Of a stretch of 64,000 nucleotides of DNA, positions 44,698 through 58,940 are shown piece after piece. The stretch is taken from assembly GCF_009914755.1 (NCBI RefSeq), contig NC_060942.1; one strand, given 5' to 3'. The position numbers were made by a program, and so were the translations under genes. The stretch's first letter is position 1, and each line of letters opens with the position of its first letter. The DNA is from the human T2T-CHM13v2.0 reference genome, Homo sapiens. A model generated the notes under the pieces. It had not been told where the DNA came from, ran no database searches, and saw only the letters and a program-made list of their open reading frames with translations.

Positions 44698-44924
44698 AAG
44701 AGTTCTCAACAAGGGGTTATTTTGCCCCCAGGTGACATTGAACAATATCTGAACATATTATCGATTCCCAGTGCTGTAGGTGGACATGTGTTTGGGTCTA
44801 GCAAGTACAGAGAAAACAGGAATGCTGCTTAACATATTGCAATGTGCAGCACAGCTTCTCTCAACAACGACAACAAAAATCATCCAGCATAAAATGTCCA
44901 TAATGCTGAGGCTGAGAAACCCTG
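44698..44924. mobile_element. MER20 (hAT-Charlie DNA transposon MITE)
   Basis: gttctcaac..gggg.tattttgcccccagg.gacatt start and aaaatgtccataatgctgaggctgagaaaccctg end. Confidence 0.8.
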
Positions 44925-45029
44925 GATTATAATTATGACTGTATTTTACATAGTGAGGAAGCACACAAGAAACTATCTATATAATTAACATCACCAAATT
45001 ACTTTGTCCGATAAGAAAAAAAAAATCTA

Positions 45030-45449
<420 letters not shown>

Positions 45450-45768
45450 CTAAAAGGGCATGGGAGAGAAGTGGACAAAGGGAAAGAAAGTGAGGGGAAG
45501 ATTATATAAGGCAAAAGGGAGAAGTAAAAGTAGAAAAAAGAAGGAAGTGGAGGAGGAAATGGGCTGATGGTAGTACAATCCAAATTATACTTTCATTATA
45601 ATGAAGATTATGGATAAATCTTTAATTATTAGAAGAGTACTCTAAGCATCTTTTTCTCTCATTTCCATGGATCCTTCAGAGGAGCCAATTACCACATCTG
45701 TCAAGGGAAATGAGAAGAGATCTTTCTATATTGAACAATAAGAGCACAGTGCTAATGTATATTGAAAA

Positions 45769-45832
45769 TAGGACCTCACTCTAAGTAACTATGTCAGAAT
45801 TAGGGCCTCACTCTAAATAACGATGTCAGAAC
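45769..45832. repeat. 2 x 32 bp tandem duplication
   Basis: taggacctcactctaagtaactatgtcagaat / tagggcctcactctaaataacgatgtcagaac. Confidence 0.9.
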
Positions 45833-45934
45833 AAGTCATTCCCACATATACAATAGCGACTCATCTCCATCACTATCTATCTGTCTAAAACTCAACCCAT
45901 CCGACATAATTTTTATTTATCTGTTGGCTTAGTA

Positions 45935-48710
45935 AAACAGCTTTATTGAGATATAATTTATATACCTTAAAATTCACCCATTTAAAGTGTACAATTCTAA
46001 GCTTTAAGTATATTTACAGACATGTGCAAATATTACTACAGTCAATTTAGAACATTTTCATCATCTCCTAAAGATACCCTGTGATCTTTAGCTATTTTCC
46101 TCTTTTTTTCTATCATCCAACCTCCCCTTCCCAGTTGTAAGCAACTACTAACCTACTTTCTTTCTCAATAGAACTACCTATTCTAGACATATGTTTTCTT
46201 CTGAGTTTTATAGTTTAGCCTTTACATTTAGGGCATGAATCCCTTTGAGTTACTGTTTGCCTATGGTGTTAGGGAAGGATTCAACTTCATTATTTCATGT
46301 GTGGTTTTCTACTTGGCTCATAGCTACTTCTTAAAAAAACTATTCTTTCATTCATTGAATGATCTTAGCACATCTTTTGAATACCAACTAAACATAGACA
46401 TGTGGTTTACATCTGTATTCAATTATATTTCATTGATCTATATGTCTATACTTATGCCAGTTACACACTGTCTTGATCACTATTGTTACACATTTTGATA
46501 TTGAGAAGTGCAAGTCTTAGAATTTTGTTAATCTATTTAAAGATTGTTTTGGGTTTTCTGAGTCCCTTGCAATTCCATGTTAATTTTAGAATTAGTCAGT
46601 TTTTACAAAGAAGCCAGCGAGGATTCTGATAAAAATTGCAATGAATCTGTAGGTCAGTTTGGGGATTATTACTATCTTGAAAATGTTAAGTCCTCTGATC
46701 CATGAATATGATATATTTTTCCATTTATTTAGACCTCCTTTACATTCTTTCAACAATGTTTTGCAGTTTTCAGAGTATACACTTTATACTTACTTTGCTA
46801 AATATATTCCCAAATATTTTATTCTTTTTGATGATATTGTAAATGGAACTATTTTCTTAATTTTAGTTTTGCACTTTTGTTGATACTATAAAGAATATAA
46901 CTAATTTTTGTATATAAATCTCATAGTCTGCAATCTCGATAAACTCATTTTGTAGTTTTTTTTGGTGGTTACTTAGGATTTTTATATACAAGATCGAGCC
47001 ATCTACAAATGTAGTTTTACTTCTTTTTCAGTTTGATGCTTTTATATTTATATTTCTTGTGTAGCTGCTATGGCTAGAACCATATTTATATTTCTTGTGT
47101 GACTGCTATGGCTAAAACCTTTAGTATGGTGTTGAATAAAAGTGTTGAGAACAAACATTTTTGTGCTCCTATCTCAGGGAGAAAGCATCCAGTCTTTCAC
47201 TTTGAGTATGATGTAAGTCCTGTGTTCTTCATAGATACTCTTTACCAGTTTGAGGATGTTTCCTTCCATTTCTAGTTTGTTGTGTGTTTTTATCACAAAA
47301 GGGCATTGGTTTTGCCAAATGCTTTTCCTGCATATAATAAGATCATATGGTTTTATGATGCTTTTTAATATTCTACTGATTTGGTATATTACATTATTCT
47401 TTTTTATGTTGATCCAACTGTGTATTATGGGAGAAAAAAATCTCACTTAGATGTGGTGTATAATTCTTTTTATTTGTTGCTGGCATCAGTTTGCTAGTAT
47501 TTTGTGAGAATTTTTGAGCCCATATTCATAAATGATACCTGGATGTCATTTTTGTTTTTGTGTGCTATCTTGTTTGGTTTGGTATTAAACTGACCTCACA
47601 GAAAGAACTGCAAAGTGTTCCATCCTCTTGTAATTTTTGAAAAAGTTTGTGAAGAATTACTATTAATTCTTTTTAAATGTTGTATAAAATTAGTCTGCGA
47701 AGGCATCTGGGTCTGAACTTTTTTATGGGTAGTTTTTATTACTAATTCCCCTCTTTACTTGTTATTGGTTTATCCAGATTTTCTATTTCTTATTGACGCT
47801 GTTTGAGTACCTTGTATTTTTGTAGGAATTTGTCTATATCATCTAAAGTTATCTAATTTATTGGCATTCAATTTTTTATAGTATTCCTTTATAATCCTTT
47901 TTAATTTCTGTAATGTCAGTAGTGATGTGCTTTTTCATTTCTGATTCTAGTAATTTGAGTCTTTTCTCTTTTTTTCTTGATCAGTCTAACTAAAAGGTTG
48001 CCAACCTCATTGATCTTTCAAAGAGCCAGCTTTTAGTTTCATTGATTTTCTTTATTTTTTATTTCATTAATGTTCATTCTAATCTTTACTGTATCCTTTC
48101 ATCTTCCTCCTTTAGATTTAGTTCTTCTTATTTTTCAGTGTGTTAAGGTAGACAGGAAGGTAATTGATTTGGGGCCTTTCTTCTGTTTTAAATATAGGTT
48201 TTTCAGCTATAAATTTCCCTGTATACACAGTTTTATCTGCAATCCTATAAGTTTTGGTATTTTGTGCCTTCAGTTTTGTTCATCTAAAAGTATTTTCAAC
48301 TGTTTTGATTTCTTTTTTAACCACTGACTGCTTATGAATGTGTTATTTAATTTCCATTATTACAAATTTCCCAAATAAATTGTTGTTACGGATTTCTAAC
48401 TTTATTCCATTGTGCTCATAGAACACATGCATTATTTCTATCCTCTTAAATTTACTGAGGTTTGTTTTATGGCCTGACATACGGTTTATCCTAGAGGATA
48501 TTCCACATGCACTTGAGGAGAATATACTCTGCTGTTGCTGAGTGGAGTGTTTCCATAGGGATCTGTTAGGTCTGGTTGGCTATAGTATTTCTCAAGTCTT
48601 CTATTTCTTTGTTGATCTTTCTGCCTACTTGTTCAATCAATCTATTATTAAAATCCATTATTATTGATTGTCTATTCTTCCTTTTTCTTCTGTTAGTTTT
48701 TGTTTGCTTT
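45935..48710 (-). mobile_element. L1M (L1MB-like 3' end joined to ORF2 remnant)
   Basis: acagctttattgagatataattta 3' end; antisense ORF2 motifs (ttgtaaatggaact, cagtttgctagtattttg, gctataaatttccct). Confidence 0.8.
47044..47119. repeat. 2 x 38 bp tandem duplication inside L1
   Basis: atatttatatttcttgtgt(ag/ga)ctgctatggcta(g/a)aacc twice. Confidence 0.9.
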
Positions 48711-50569
48711 GGCATCTCTAATTGTCCTTAATTGTTTATCTTCTCCATGAGGCAAATTGTTTGTTGTATTTATTGCCATATTATTGGTATCTAGAATAAT
48801 ATCTTTCAAATAGGACATCATTAAATAATTAATACATCGATATTTTATTAGTTATTTGGCACATCATATGCATGAAAGAAGGAATACAGGAACATTTTAG
48901 TTCAGTTTTAGAACATACATCAACCCTTAGCTACAAACTTATATGTTAAACTTTGGCCATCCATTTCCTTGATGAGTACCATTGGCCATAAAAAGGACAA
49001 GCATGAGAGTAGAAAGCTCCACTCCATTATTGACTGGAGTGGCAGAAACAGGAAGTCCATGGGGACATGGGTGGGTAGTAAGGACAGTGTATATTTAAGC
49101 ACCAACCTTGAGCATTTAAGTCATTTGAAATGCTGAGGGGAAGACAATCAAGATCCAGAAGTTCAGTTTTGAGCCTAGATGAAAATGAATGTTCTAAAAG
49201 ATGGCACAAAACCCCCAAATTTGCTTAATTGTACAATATTATACCAGGAGGGGAGATTTATTTCTTTCCCCAGCTGGTGATCAGTTTATGCCCTGATGTA
49301 TGCGATTTAATGGTCTGTATCATTTTTATCAGGTCACTGCAGATGTTATTCTTACTCATATGAATGCCTAATCCTCTTGTTGGATAATTCTCCCTGTTAA
49401 TTATTTCCACTGTGTCCAAAGCAAGCCACTCATAGACAAGGCTCAAGAAAGGGATTGTTTCTTCCCTGGAGCCAAAACAGGAGAAAAAGGGGGAAAAAAA
49501 CCCACAAAAAAACCCTTAAAGTTTATGGTAAAATATACCTTAGTTTAAAGTACAGAAATTTAAGATAGCCTTTTGGCAAAGGGGGTGTAGCTTTATTAAA
49601 AGAAAACGCTCTCCTTGTTTATTTTTATGTCACCTTGCTTCTATCATGCCCAAGAGACAGATATACCACAGCTTAATTTCTGAACAAACTGAAATCAACT
49701 GGGAAAACTTCTGACCTTAAAAAAAAGGAAAAAAAAAATGATACCTACATGTCACTTCCCAGGAAGGTCAACCAATCTATTAAATACATACTCACACACA
49801 CATAGTCTAATGAACCCTCACATATGGGATGCAAAGATTTGAACACTGAGGATCAAATGAGACCAGGCTGAAAAAATAGCAGCTCAAATATTCAGTATGT
49901 GCCTCTAGAGCCAGTAGATAATTCAATATTGTACTGGCCCTTTTTATATATAGATGTGAGGTGATGACTCCAAGTTCTACAAGTAAGTGTGTAGAAACAT
50001 GAGCAATTCACTTTACCCCTCCAGGTTTTAGAGGCTATAAAATACAGATGTTTTGTTAAATTTTGTGTGTCTGGCTTAGTTACAGGTACAGGAAGGACAG
50101 GGTGAATGAGACCTTCTTCCTGTCCTCAAGGAGATCTAGGTGAATGGGTCAGAAAAAATTTTATCAAATGTCCTATCTTATTCTAAAAGTCAAGGAAATA
50201 TTACCATAGAAACTCAGATATGAAGGGAAGTTAGAACTCATTTAGCTAAAAGTTTTTATTTATGAGCCTCTCTCCTAATATGCTCTGCAATGGATTAGTG
50301 TCATCCCAAGCACCACCTCAAAAGTGGAGCATTTGCAATATTATGAGGCAGCATTTTCCAGCATCCCAAAACACCCTCATTAGAATTTGTTCTTAGATAT
50401 GCCATATATGCCATTGAGGAAAAAATAATAAATCTAAAACATAATCTCAGTGAAAATGAGGAACAGCAGCTGAGATCCAATGAAAAACAGACGGGTCCTC
50501 AATTGAGAAATCTAGCTTCTGGGGAAAATAAAAGTTATATTTTCAAGTTTCCTGGGCGCCAGACACTAT

Positions 50570-50850
50570 GGTAGGTCTTTTCCTGACAAGCCAGTGAGGC
50601 AGATAGGACTTAACCATCATACGTATAAGGAAACTGAGTCCTACAGGTGAAATAGCTTGACCAAGGTCACAGATTCTAAGTAGCAGAGGCAAGGTATAAT
50701 TCATTGTCTCTTTGAATCTCCCAAGCACAATACACAATGCTGCCGCTCTGTGCTGATTCTGTCCCCATCTGCTTGCCTAACCTTGTGGTATAATTTGGAG
50801 CTGTTCATTTAACCTCATGGGGGCTCAGTTTCCTCTAGCTCAAAACTGTC
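50570..50850. mobile_element. Two MIR fragments in opposite orientation
   Basis: aaggaaactgagtcc...ccaaggtcacag and taacctc..ggctcagtttcct. Confidence 0.55.
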
Positions 50851-52001
50851 AACATTTTCCATGAGCACACAACTATAATGTATACAGTAAGCCTTAAGTT
50901 TATTTGCTGCACAGTAGCTACTACCCCAAGAGTACATTCCTCAGAGGAGGTTCTTACCATGTAGAAGCACCCAGATACCCAGACAGGATTTCCATTCTGG
51001 GAAGCCGTGATTTACCATGGCTTAATAATGAGGGGCCAAGATATAAATGCAGAAAACCACAGATGATGTATTGGCACCAAAGATACAGAGTGGATGAGGC
51101 CTATCATTTATTCAACACCAGTGGCCAGTCCATTATGCTTTAACAAGACTAATGTTAGATAAAATATAACAAAAAGTGGTAATTGTAAATTTGAGATCAG
51201 TTATCACATAACATAGTAATCTCCTCTTCAGTATGTTTAAACAGTCTTGATGTACTGTGAAGTCTGCTTCTGTGGTTTTTAAACCATATGACACACCTAA
51301 TAAAACTGCTTTACAAAAATAAGCTTTACTACCGAACTTCTGTAATTAAATACTTTTATTATAATAGGGATACAATTTACTGGAGCTCTGTATGCTGGTC
51401 TGTATAATTAATAATGAAACATGTTTTAATGAACATTTATTAGTGGTATGAAATACAAATATCTTGTAGATCAGCTACCATCTAGGAAAACTTCATTTAT
51501 TCCCTGAGATTAAAAAGCCCTGCATTAACACTATCAGCATTGCAGTCTTGACAGCTCAACAATCTGCTCTCTGAAAACTCATTAATTTGGACACTCACTA
51601 ATATGGACACTGATAATTCAGAAGGTGGTGGGACTGAAGTTTGCCCTTGCACTATCTATGAAAAAGAGTTTGCTAAATAAATTACTCACATAAACAAGAT
51701 TATATAAAGGTCTGTTTAACCACTTAAAAGAATTTTCTTTCAAGTACCCTAACACCATGCATTTGCATACACACAATTAATATGGCAATTACAAATGAGT
51801 TTTATGTATTCATCTGAAGGGACTCGGTACCTTGCTTACCAAACAATGGATGAAAAAAGGTTGAGTATCTACCAAATATAAAGTAATGCATTAAGAACTT
51901 GAACACATACAAAGAAATTTAGAAAATAAACCATTCTTTCAAGAATGTTGTATTCTAATCCAGTGGTCCCTAACATTGGCTCTGTATTAAAAACATCTGG
52001 A

Positions 52002-52330
52002 GCCCAGGTGCAGTGGCTCAGGCCTGTAATCCCAGCACTTTAGGAGGCTGAGGCAGGAGGATTACTCAAGCCCAGGAGTTTGAGACTAGCCTAGGCAGCA
52101 AAGTGAGACCCCTGTCTCTACAAAACTTCAAAAGAAAACAAAAATTAGCCAGGCATGGTGGTGTGGGCCTGTAGTCCCATCTACACAGGAGGCTGAGGTG
52201 GGATGATGGCTTGAGCCCTAGGAGGTTGAGACTACAATGAGCCATGATTGCACCACTACACTTCACTCTGGATGACAGAGTGAGACCCTGTCTCGAAAAA
52301 ATATTAAAAATAAACAACCAAAAAAGAAAA
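52002..52330 (+). mobile_element. AluJ (preceded by a MER5-like end at 51961-52001)
   Basis: J-type arms aggattactcaagcccaggagtttgag. Confidence 0.88.
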
Positions 52331-52400
52331 TGAGTGCTTTTCTCTGGTCTCCTTGATCCTGCATCAGGCGAGGCTCTGCAAGTATGACCTGTACTAAGAT

Positions 52401-52535
52401 CAGGGTGACCATTTGTGTTTGGTGGTCCAGGATAATCCTTATTTGTGCCTTTTATTCTGGCATAATTATTAGTGGTGCATCCTTCATGTTTCTCAAAAGT
52501 GTCTTGGTTTAGAGAGCAGATTATATGTCACCCAA
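52401..52535. mobile_element. MER94-like hAT-Blackjack MITE
   Basis: TIR-like ends agggtgacca...tgtcaccc; internal cataattatta...ctcaaaagtgtc. Confidence 0.65.
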
Positions 52536-53968
52536 ACTCTCCTTTCGATCCTTTAATCTCCCTTAATCATCTCTTGAATCCGCCTCTTCCTGTCTATTCT
52601 CACACACTCTGTTCTAACCTAGAACCACTTTATGTCTTATACCAGTTTAATAATTTCCCAATACCTCACCACGGATCCTCTCCTTGCAATGAGTTCTCAC
52701 CATTGTCTTTAAAATAAACTTTATATTCTTAGTACAGTAAAGTAGGTCCTTTAATGATTTGTTCCCTGCCCAATTTTCAGACCTTACCAAGGCCCTTCCA
52801 TAGTCCCATGGATTCCTCATTTATTCTTTTGCCTTCAGGCATGCTATGCTCTCTGTTCACTCTCCTTCAATCCTTACTTAGCAACCCCATACCCCCTAAA
52901 GCACTAAACACAAATATCACATCCTTAATAAAGTACTCTCTGATCTCCTAGGGTACATCCATTGTGGGATAATTTTCTTACACATGCTTTTCTTATGGTT
53001 GTGGTCATATTGCTTTGTATTTGTTTGGTTGGTTGTTTTCATTTTTTTCTGTATGCCTGTTTTGACAATCTATATTGAGGAGTATAACTTTTTTATAATA
53101 TTTCCATTTCCCCAACGTCTGTCCCAGGGTCACCACTTAATAAACACATCCCTGAATATCGAAGATAAATTAAAAATATTAATCTAACATGCTGAAATAT
53201 ACAGAGCTAACCATTCTGCTTTTCCTGGAACCTTCTGACTCTGTCAGTGGGTGAAGTCCCCAACATATTGCAGTGACCTTGAGTAAATAACTTGCCCTGG
53301 GACCAAGTTTCAATAATTATAAAATGGAAATTTTGTCATTGCCTATGTTACGCCAAAACGCATTGAAGGTATATTTATTAAAAACTGTTTTGGAGATGAT
53401 AAGTAATATAGATTTGATAATTATTATAAATATTATAAGGAATATAACCATTATCGCTAATTCCTCTAAGATCCCAAATAAAACAAGAATAATAAGATAA
53501 AGATATACCTGTTCACACACATGCATAAATATCCACAAATAACTCTTCCTCCAGGATACAGGCTGATTACTGATAATGAGATGTATCTTCCAGCCAATAT
53601 ATTTAAACTCTTATTCTGACTGATGGCCTGTCTTAGGATTTGACAAAAATATTCTTGTAAAAATAGATTTAACGATATCAATTCTGATAAAAGCAGAACC
53701 AAGCTTGGCTTTGAGACAAGAAATTCTAAGCCCCAAAGCAGAAACCTATTTAGGAAGTTAAAATCATTAATTAGCTTTTCTGGTTTTGTCAGAAGCTTTA
53801 TTTCATTGATGGTTTACTGCATCTACTTAGAGCCAGTTCTTAACTGAAGAGTGACATTCCATAATAACAATAGGTTTATGGTAATTATTTAAACTTAGTT
53901 AAATTTTGCGTATTACTCTTAAAAAAGTGTGTGTGTGAGAGTTTCAGAAGTAATGAAAACCTGTTTTG

Positions 53969-54939
53969 CAAATATAAGATACTCTAGGTAATATTGTAGA
54001 CTGCAAAATGTATAGTGAAAAACTAGCTTCCTAGTGCCCATTGTGGTTCTGCCATCATTTATTTATTTAACTATGATAAAGATATTAACAACTAACCCCT
54101 TTGATAATCACTTATGTATGAAGCATAGATTTTCCCAGGGGATTCTATAACAAGAATCTGAAAGTTGGCAAGGGGCAGAGAAAGCAGTGAGTTAGTCATC
54201 ATTGTACTTGGAGGAAACAAAAGCTGATGGTTAAGTTATCTGTGTATGTCTCAGAGAAGACAGGTAGGTGCATTGTGAATACAGACTATGGTGAGGTAGA
54301 ATCTCCAGTATCTGTCTCTAGTTTGGACTTAAAATATACAGATCATCATAAAATTTCAAATTAAAACACTTGGTTTAGGTCCTAAGGAAATTGGCAGGTG
54401 GCTGCTAATTCTCGTAACAATCATCTTGAGGGCTCATATTTCCTCATCTTCATACTGTGATGTAAATTTACTTTCTTGTCTCAGCATTATCAGAATGCAT
54501 TAATAAGACTAGAGGTAAAAATTTATGAACTGAAAGCACATAAATACACCTTGAACTGAAGAAGAAAATTTTCATTTATTAACATCTATAGAATGTGATT
54601 TCAGAGGCATTGAGCATATCTCTCCTATGTTTTACTCTCCTGTTTCCTGAGCCTAAATATCTTCTCCTTTAAAATATGAACTCTCCAGGACAGGCATGCT
54701 GATTTGATCTGTTATCAGCCTTAGGAAATTGAGTGTAAACAAAGAATTAGAGAGAGGATGGCAAAAGGAAAGAGCTGACTGGAGACAGTAAAATATCACA
54801 CAACCACCCACAATGGGGAGAAGAAACAAGTGTGAGCTTGAGAAAGGACATACATTGATGACTAGAGTGGAAGGACAACTTCAAATATAAGATATCCTAG
54901 GTAATATTGTAGACCGCAAAATTTACAATGAAAAACCAG
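53969..54939 (+). repeat. 58-bp dispersed direct repeat (53969-54026 and 54882-54939)
   Basis: caaatataagata..ctaggtaatattgtagac.gcaaaat...; 7 mismatches, no gaps. Confidence 0.9.
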
Positions 54940-57549
54940 TGTTCCAATTCAGAATTTTGATATAAATGCTAATAAACCAGTGGATAAATAAACTTCTTGA
55001 CCAAAGGCTTTGTTTAAAATAAATAAATATCCTCCTTAAAAATTTATCAAATTGACAAGCACAATAAATTATGAGAATTACCATTTTGCTTTATATTTGA
55101 CCTTAAAAGTAGAAACCATTTCCTGGTTTATTCATGTTTGGACAGATGACATTTGTGTGGCTGTATTTCCCAAATTATCTCTTTCTTCTTTTCTTCAAAC
55201 TAACCATGCATCTGGGGACATTCAAACACACCACATTTTAGCTATCACGTATGAATGATCCATTTCTGAAAATCTTGTGTGTGTAGGTGAAATGAGGTGG
55301 GGGTCCAGTAGGTAGACATCTTCAAAATGTGATTCTTGGAGAAATTTCCAGGGCTATATCCATCCCATCAATAGGGCATTGAATTAGGGGACCTGGTCTT
55401 TGTTTCCAATTGACAACAGTAGAGATTAACTACAAGCCTTCCCAGGTGATACATTACTTTGAGATACTATCCAAAATTTAAGTTTCTTAAGTCATGTAAC
55501 CACATGGTCATTGACATAGTGTGTATTCAATGCTAATAATGAAACTGCCTGTCATTATATCCCTTTGCTTATGAAGAGCTAATTTGTTTTGTGAGCATAA
55601 AAAATTTTTGAGGGATTGGACATATATTTTAAAGCTAGTTAATTATTAATCAGTTTTTGCAGAACTCTATAGAATAGCCACACTTGGAATCATCAAAAGC
55701 AATATTGTAAGAAAGAATTTAAATTAAGAGAAAGAAAATCAACCCACATTAACTTGTCAGATTACGAATTCCAACAAAAAACACTGGGAAACCATGGTCT
55801 TGAGCCAACCACCAACTCTAGAGTAGGTGCAGGGATTCTTTCTGTTCCCCATCAATAGTACCTTGACTATATCCTTGGCCACATGCCCTGCTCCTTTTGT
55901 GGCTCTATCAATTGTGTCTTTGACAACTCCCTCATTAATGCTCTTTTGAAAAATAATTTAAAGCTCTCTTGAAGATAACAAATACTTCTTGCCCTAAATC
56001 CCTCCCCCGATCCATCTTTTGTAGCAGGTTAACCTCCTGTGCTCAAAAACATGCTTTCCACTTTCTCTGCTCAGAAGGAGGGAGTTGGAAGCTGCCCAAT
56101 CATACTTAAAAACAAAAATGGCAGGTAAATTTTATCAGTCTTGTGCAAAAAACCTATAGAAGAGAGTGGGGCTAATATCCTGCCAGCTGGAGCAAGTCAT
56201 TTCACAAATTTAATATAATTTTCTCTACTAAAGTGCTTACTAAATTGAAAAAAAATACTTTTATTAGTAATTGTAATTCTGCAACTGTGTTCAGTAAGTA
56301 CTTTTGTACCATTATCATTCAGAAAAGGTGAACAGGACCCAATTTATGGCACAATCTAGCAATCAGTCCAAATTCACACCCAGTTTCCAAGTTATTTCTC
56401 ACCTAGGAGTTGCCTTTATTCTCAGAAATTTTCCACTGTGGTTCTGAAATTGGTCTGGCTACTTACTGCAAGATGTGGACCTGTCTTAAGCTTATTGTTA
56501 ACCGACATAAAATTCTCTTTAGAAATTTAGCAGTGGACTTTCATACATATTTCATGAAATTTCATTCCATGTTAGGCCCAAACAAATGAGATCAGTTTCA
56601 TTGGCTCAGCTTCCCTTACAGATGACAGTAACCATTCACTCTTAGAAAAGAAGACAGAGGCTGACTTTAGGGAAGGCATGTAGAGATATTTGACAAAGAT
56701 ACTTGGATATGCAATGAGACATGATTTGATATGATTATTACACTAAAATAATATCACATAGGCTATCATTTTATTAGATGGAACACTGAAACTATTGCCC
56801 CGGAAAGGCACTGAATATTTACCCCAACTCTGTATTTACTTCCATCCATACCCTAACTAGAGAAGGAGCTAGAACTTGGATTATCTCAGAAGAAACCCTA
56901 AATCAAGAAAGAGGTATCCTGCAGAATATGGGGACTTATAAGTAATTTCCTCTGTCCACAACAACATGAATTCTGTCAACTTAATTTTTCAGATCCAGAG
57001 AATTTCAGTAGCATAAGGAAATCGCTATAGATGCTATTGGCAACTCATCTATCACCCATGTACTGTACTGAGGTAGTTAGCAGGTCTCCAGTCCACGGCT
57101 TTTCCTGAGAGCTTTTGCCGGAGACCTGGCTGTCTGTTTCTTTGCTGTAAACTAGTCAGTTTAAAAGTGGTCCTAGGAATGGGACCTGTTCAGGAAAGAA
57201 TGGATTTTATGCCCTGCTTATTGCCTTCCAAATGCCAGGAGCTTTTCAGAGTAATAACAACTGGTGTAAAAAGAGAATTTGAAATAAAAGAAGCTTTTAT
57301 TGCCCTAGAAAGAGGCTGCCCATAAACTTTCCACCTGCTTTAACCGCTGGGGAATGTGTGGGTATCCACGATTTCTGGCCAATGAGAATTTACCTTTCCT
57401 ATTAGCCTCATATCCTCCAGAATAATGTACATGATAAAAAATGGAGCAGGAAAACAGGATCAAACCCCTTTAATTGCAGTTGTCAAATGTATTCCAGCCT
57501 AGCACTTTACACATTCTGTCATCAAGAGGACATTTTACTGCTGGTGCTG

Positions 57550-57632
57550 ATGCTTTACTCTTATGCAAAATCTTTCATCTTGGAATATCAAAGATTTCTA
57601 CAAACACTAATTCATTAATTAAGCCTCCTGAT
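57550..57632 (-). mobile_element. Ancient amniote SINE 3' tail fragment (MIR1_Amn-like)
   Basis: Minus strand gaggcttaattaatgaattagtgtttgtagaaatctttgatattccaagatgaaag...gtaaagca. Confidence 0.45.
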
Positions 57633-58769
57633 GACTGTTCATAGAAAACAGGAAAATGTATTTCAAAATGAAAGAGATTAAAATTCAGGTTGTTTGGGTG
57701 GCAGCTTCAGTGAACAAAGAATGCCATTTCATCGGTGTCATTGTGACCCCTCACAAATCAGTCACTGCATCCAAAACAGGCCTTTCTATAAAAATGCAAA
57801 CATTTTTCAGGTGAATGTTTCACAGGTTTGTCTTTAGTATCTAATGAACCTTCTTCGTGGCACTCTGTCAAATCATTTGTCTCTAATTCTGTTGTTCCTT
57901 TGTTCTCTTTCTCTAATAGAATGTGAAACCTTACGAACTTGCTGAGATTTATTGGTTCCCTTCAGAGTGGCTGTAGAAAAACTGTGGTGTTAAAACCCCA
58001 CCCATAGGGAGAGGGAAACCTGCCCTGCATCAAAGACAGGTTTTCAAAAAAGCTGCCCTCAAAAGCAAAGGCAATAAAAATATTTGGCTATGTTGGTCTT
58101 AAGTAGTTAAAATGTTGAAACTCAAATCAAAATAAAACATTATCACCTCAAATCACTATATAAATAAAAGAGACCGGAGAATGTTTTCTACTCTTCTATC
58201 ATTCAATAAGTATAATTTAAGTAGAGTCCTGGCCAATCCAGTGCCAGTGTGTGGCTGTTTCTCAGGAGGTTTTAAAGTCCAGCTTGGGTTAATGCATGCT
58301 CTTGCCTAGTTTGAAAGAAAGGTCGATGAGGCACAGGAAAAGGTACGAGAAATGTGTGCTGAAAATTCTACCGCCTCCCTTCCTAACTGGAATACCACAT
58401 GGGATTCTAAATCCTACAATTTCTGAATCCATTCAAATGCATTTGAGGTTTGCCAGTATCATAACCAGTAATGTAAGGAAGAATTTCATTACCTGGTCAT
58501 AAATATTCCCATGAAGTAGTCTGTAAACCCATGCTTAGAGAGCCCCCATGACTAAAACACTCAACTAACATCTAGTGCCTATAAGGTACAAGGACTGTGT
58601 TGGTATCACCTTTGACTCCTCAGGGTTTCTAGAAATTAGAACCCGGGTCTAAAAATACACACTTAAAATTCAATTATTTTTACTAATAATAAACTAATTT
58701 TCTAACTTTCTCTCTCTCCCTTAGCACTGTCCCAATAATGTAGCAGAGTGAATAAAAGTCAAATAAGAC

Positions 58770-58940
58770 AGAAAGGATGTGAACCTCAGATCTCAGCTTC
58801 ACCCCCTATTATTTGTGTGACCTTGGAAGAAGTTATTTAACTCCTTCAGGGTTCATTTTCCTAATCTACAAAGTGAAAGCAATCCCAGTAAATCCTGCAG
58901 AGGGTGAGTGGTGCACAGTAGGCATTCAATAAATGTCATA
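58770..58940 (+). mobile_element. MIR SINE
   Basis: tgtgtgaccttggaagaagttatttaactcc. Confidence 0.65.

Noticed and set aside
47174-47446. ORF with weak resemblance to L1 reverse transcriptase
   Set aside because: Frameshifted remnant of L1 ORF2; not an intact protein
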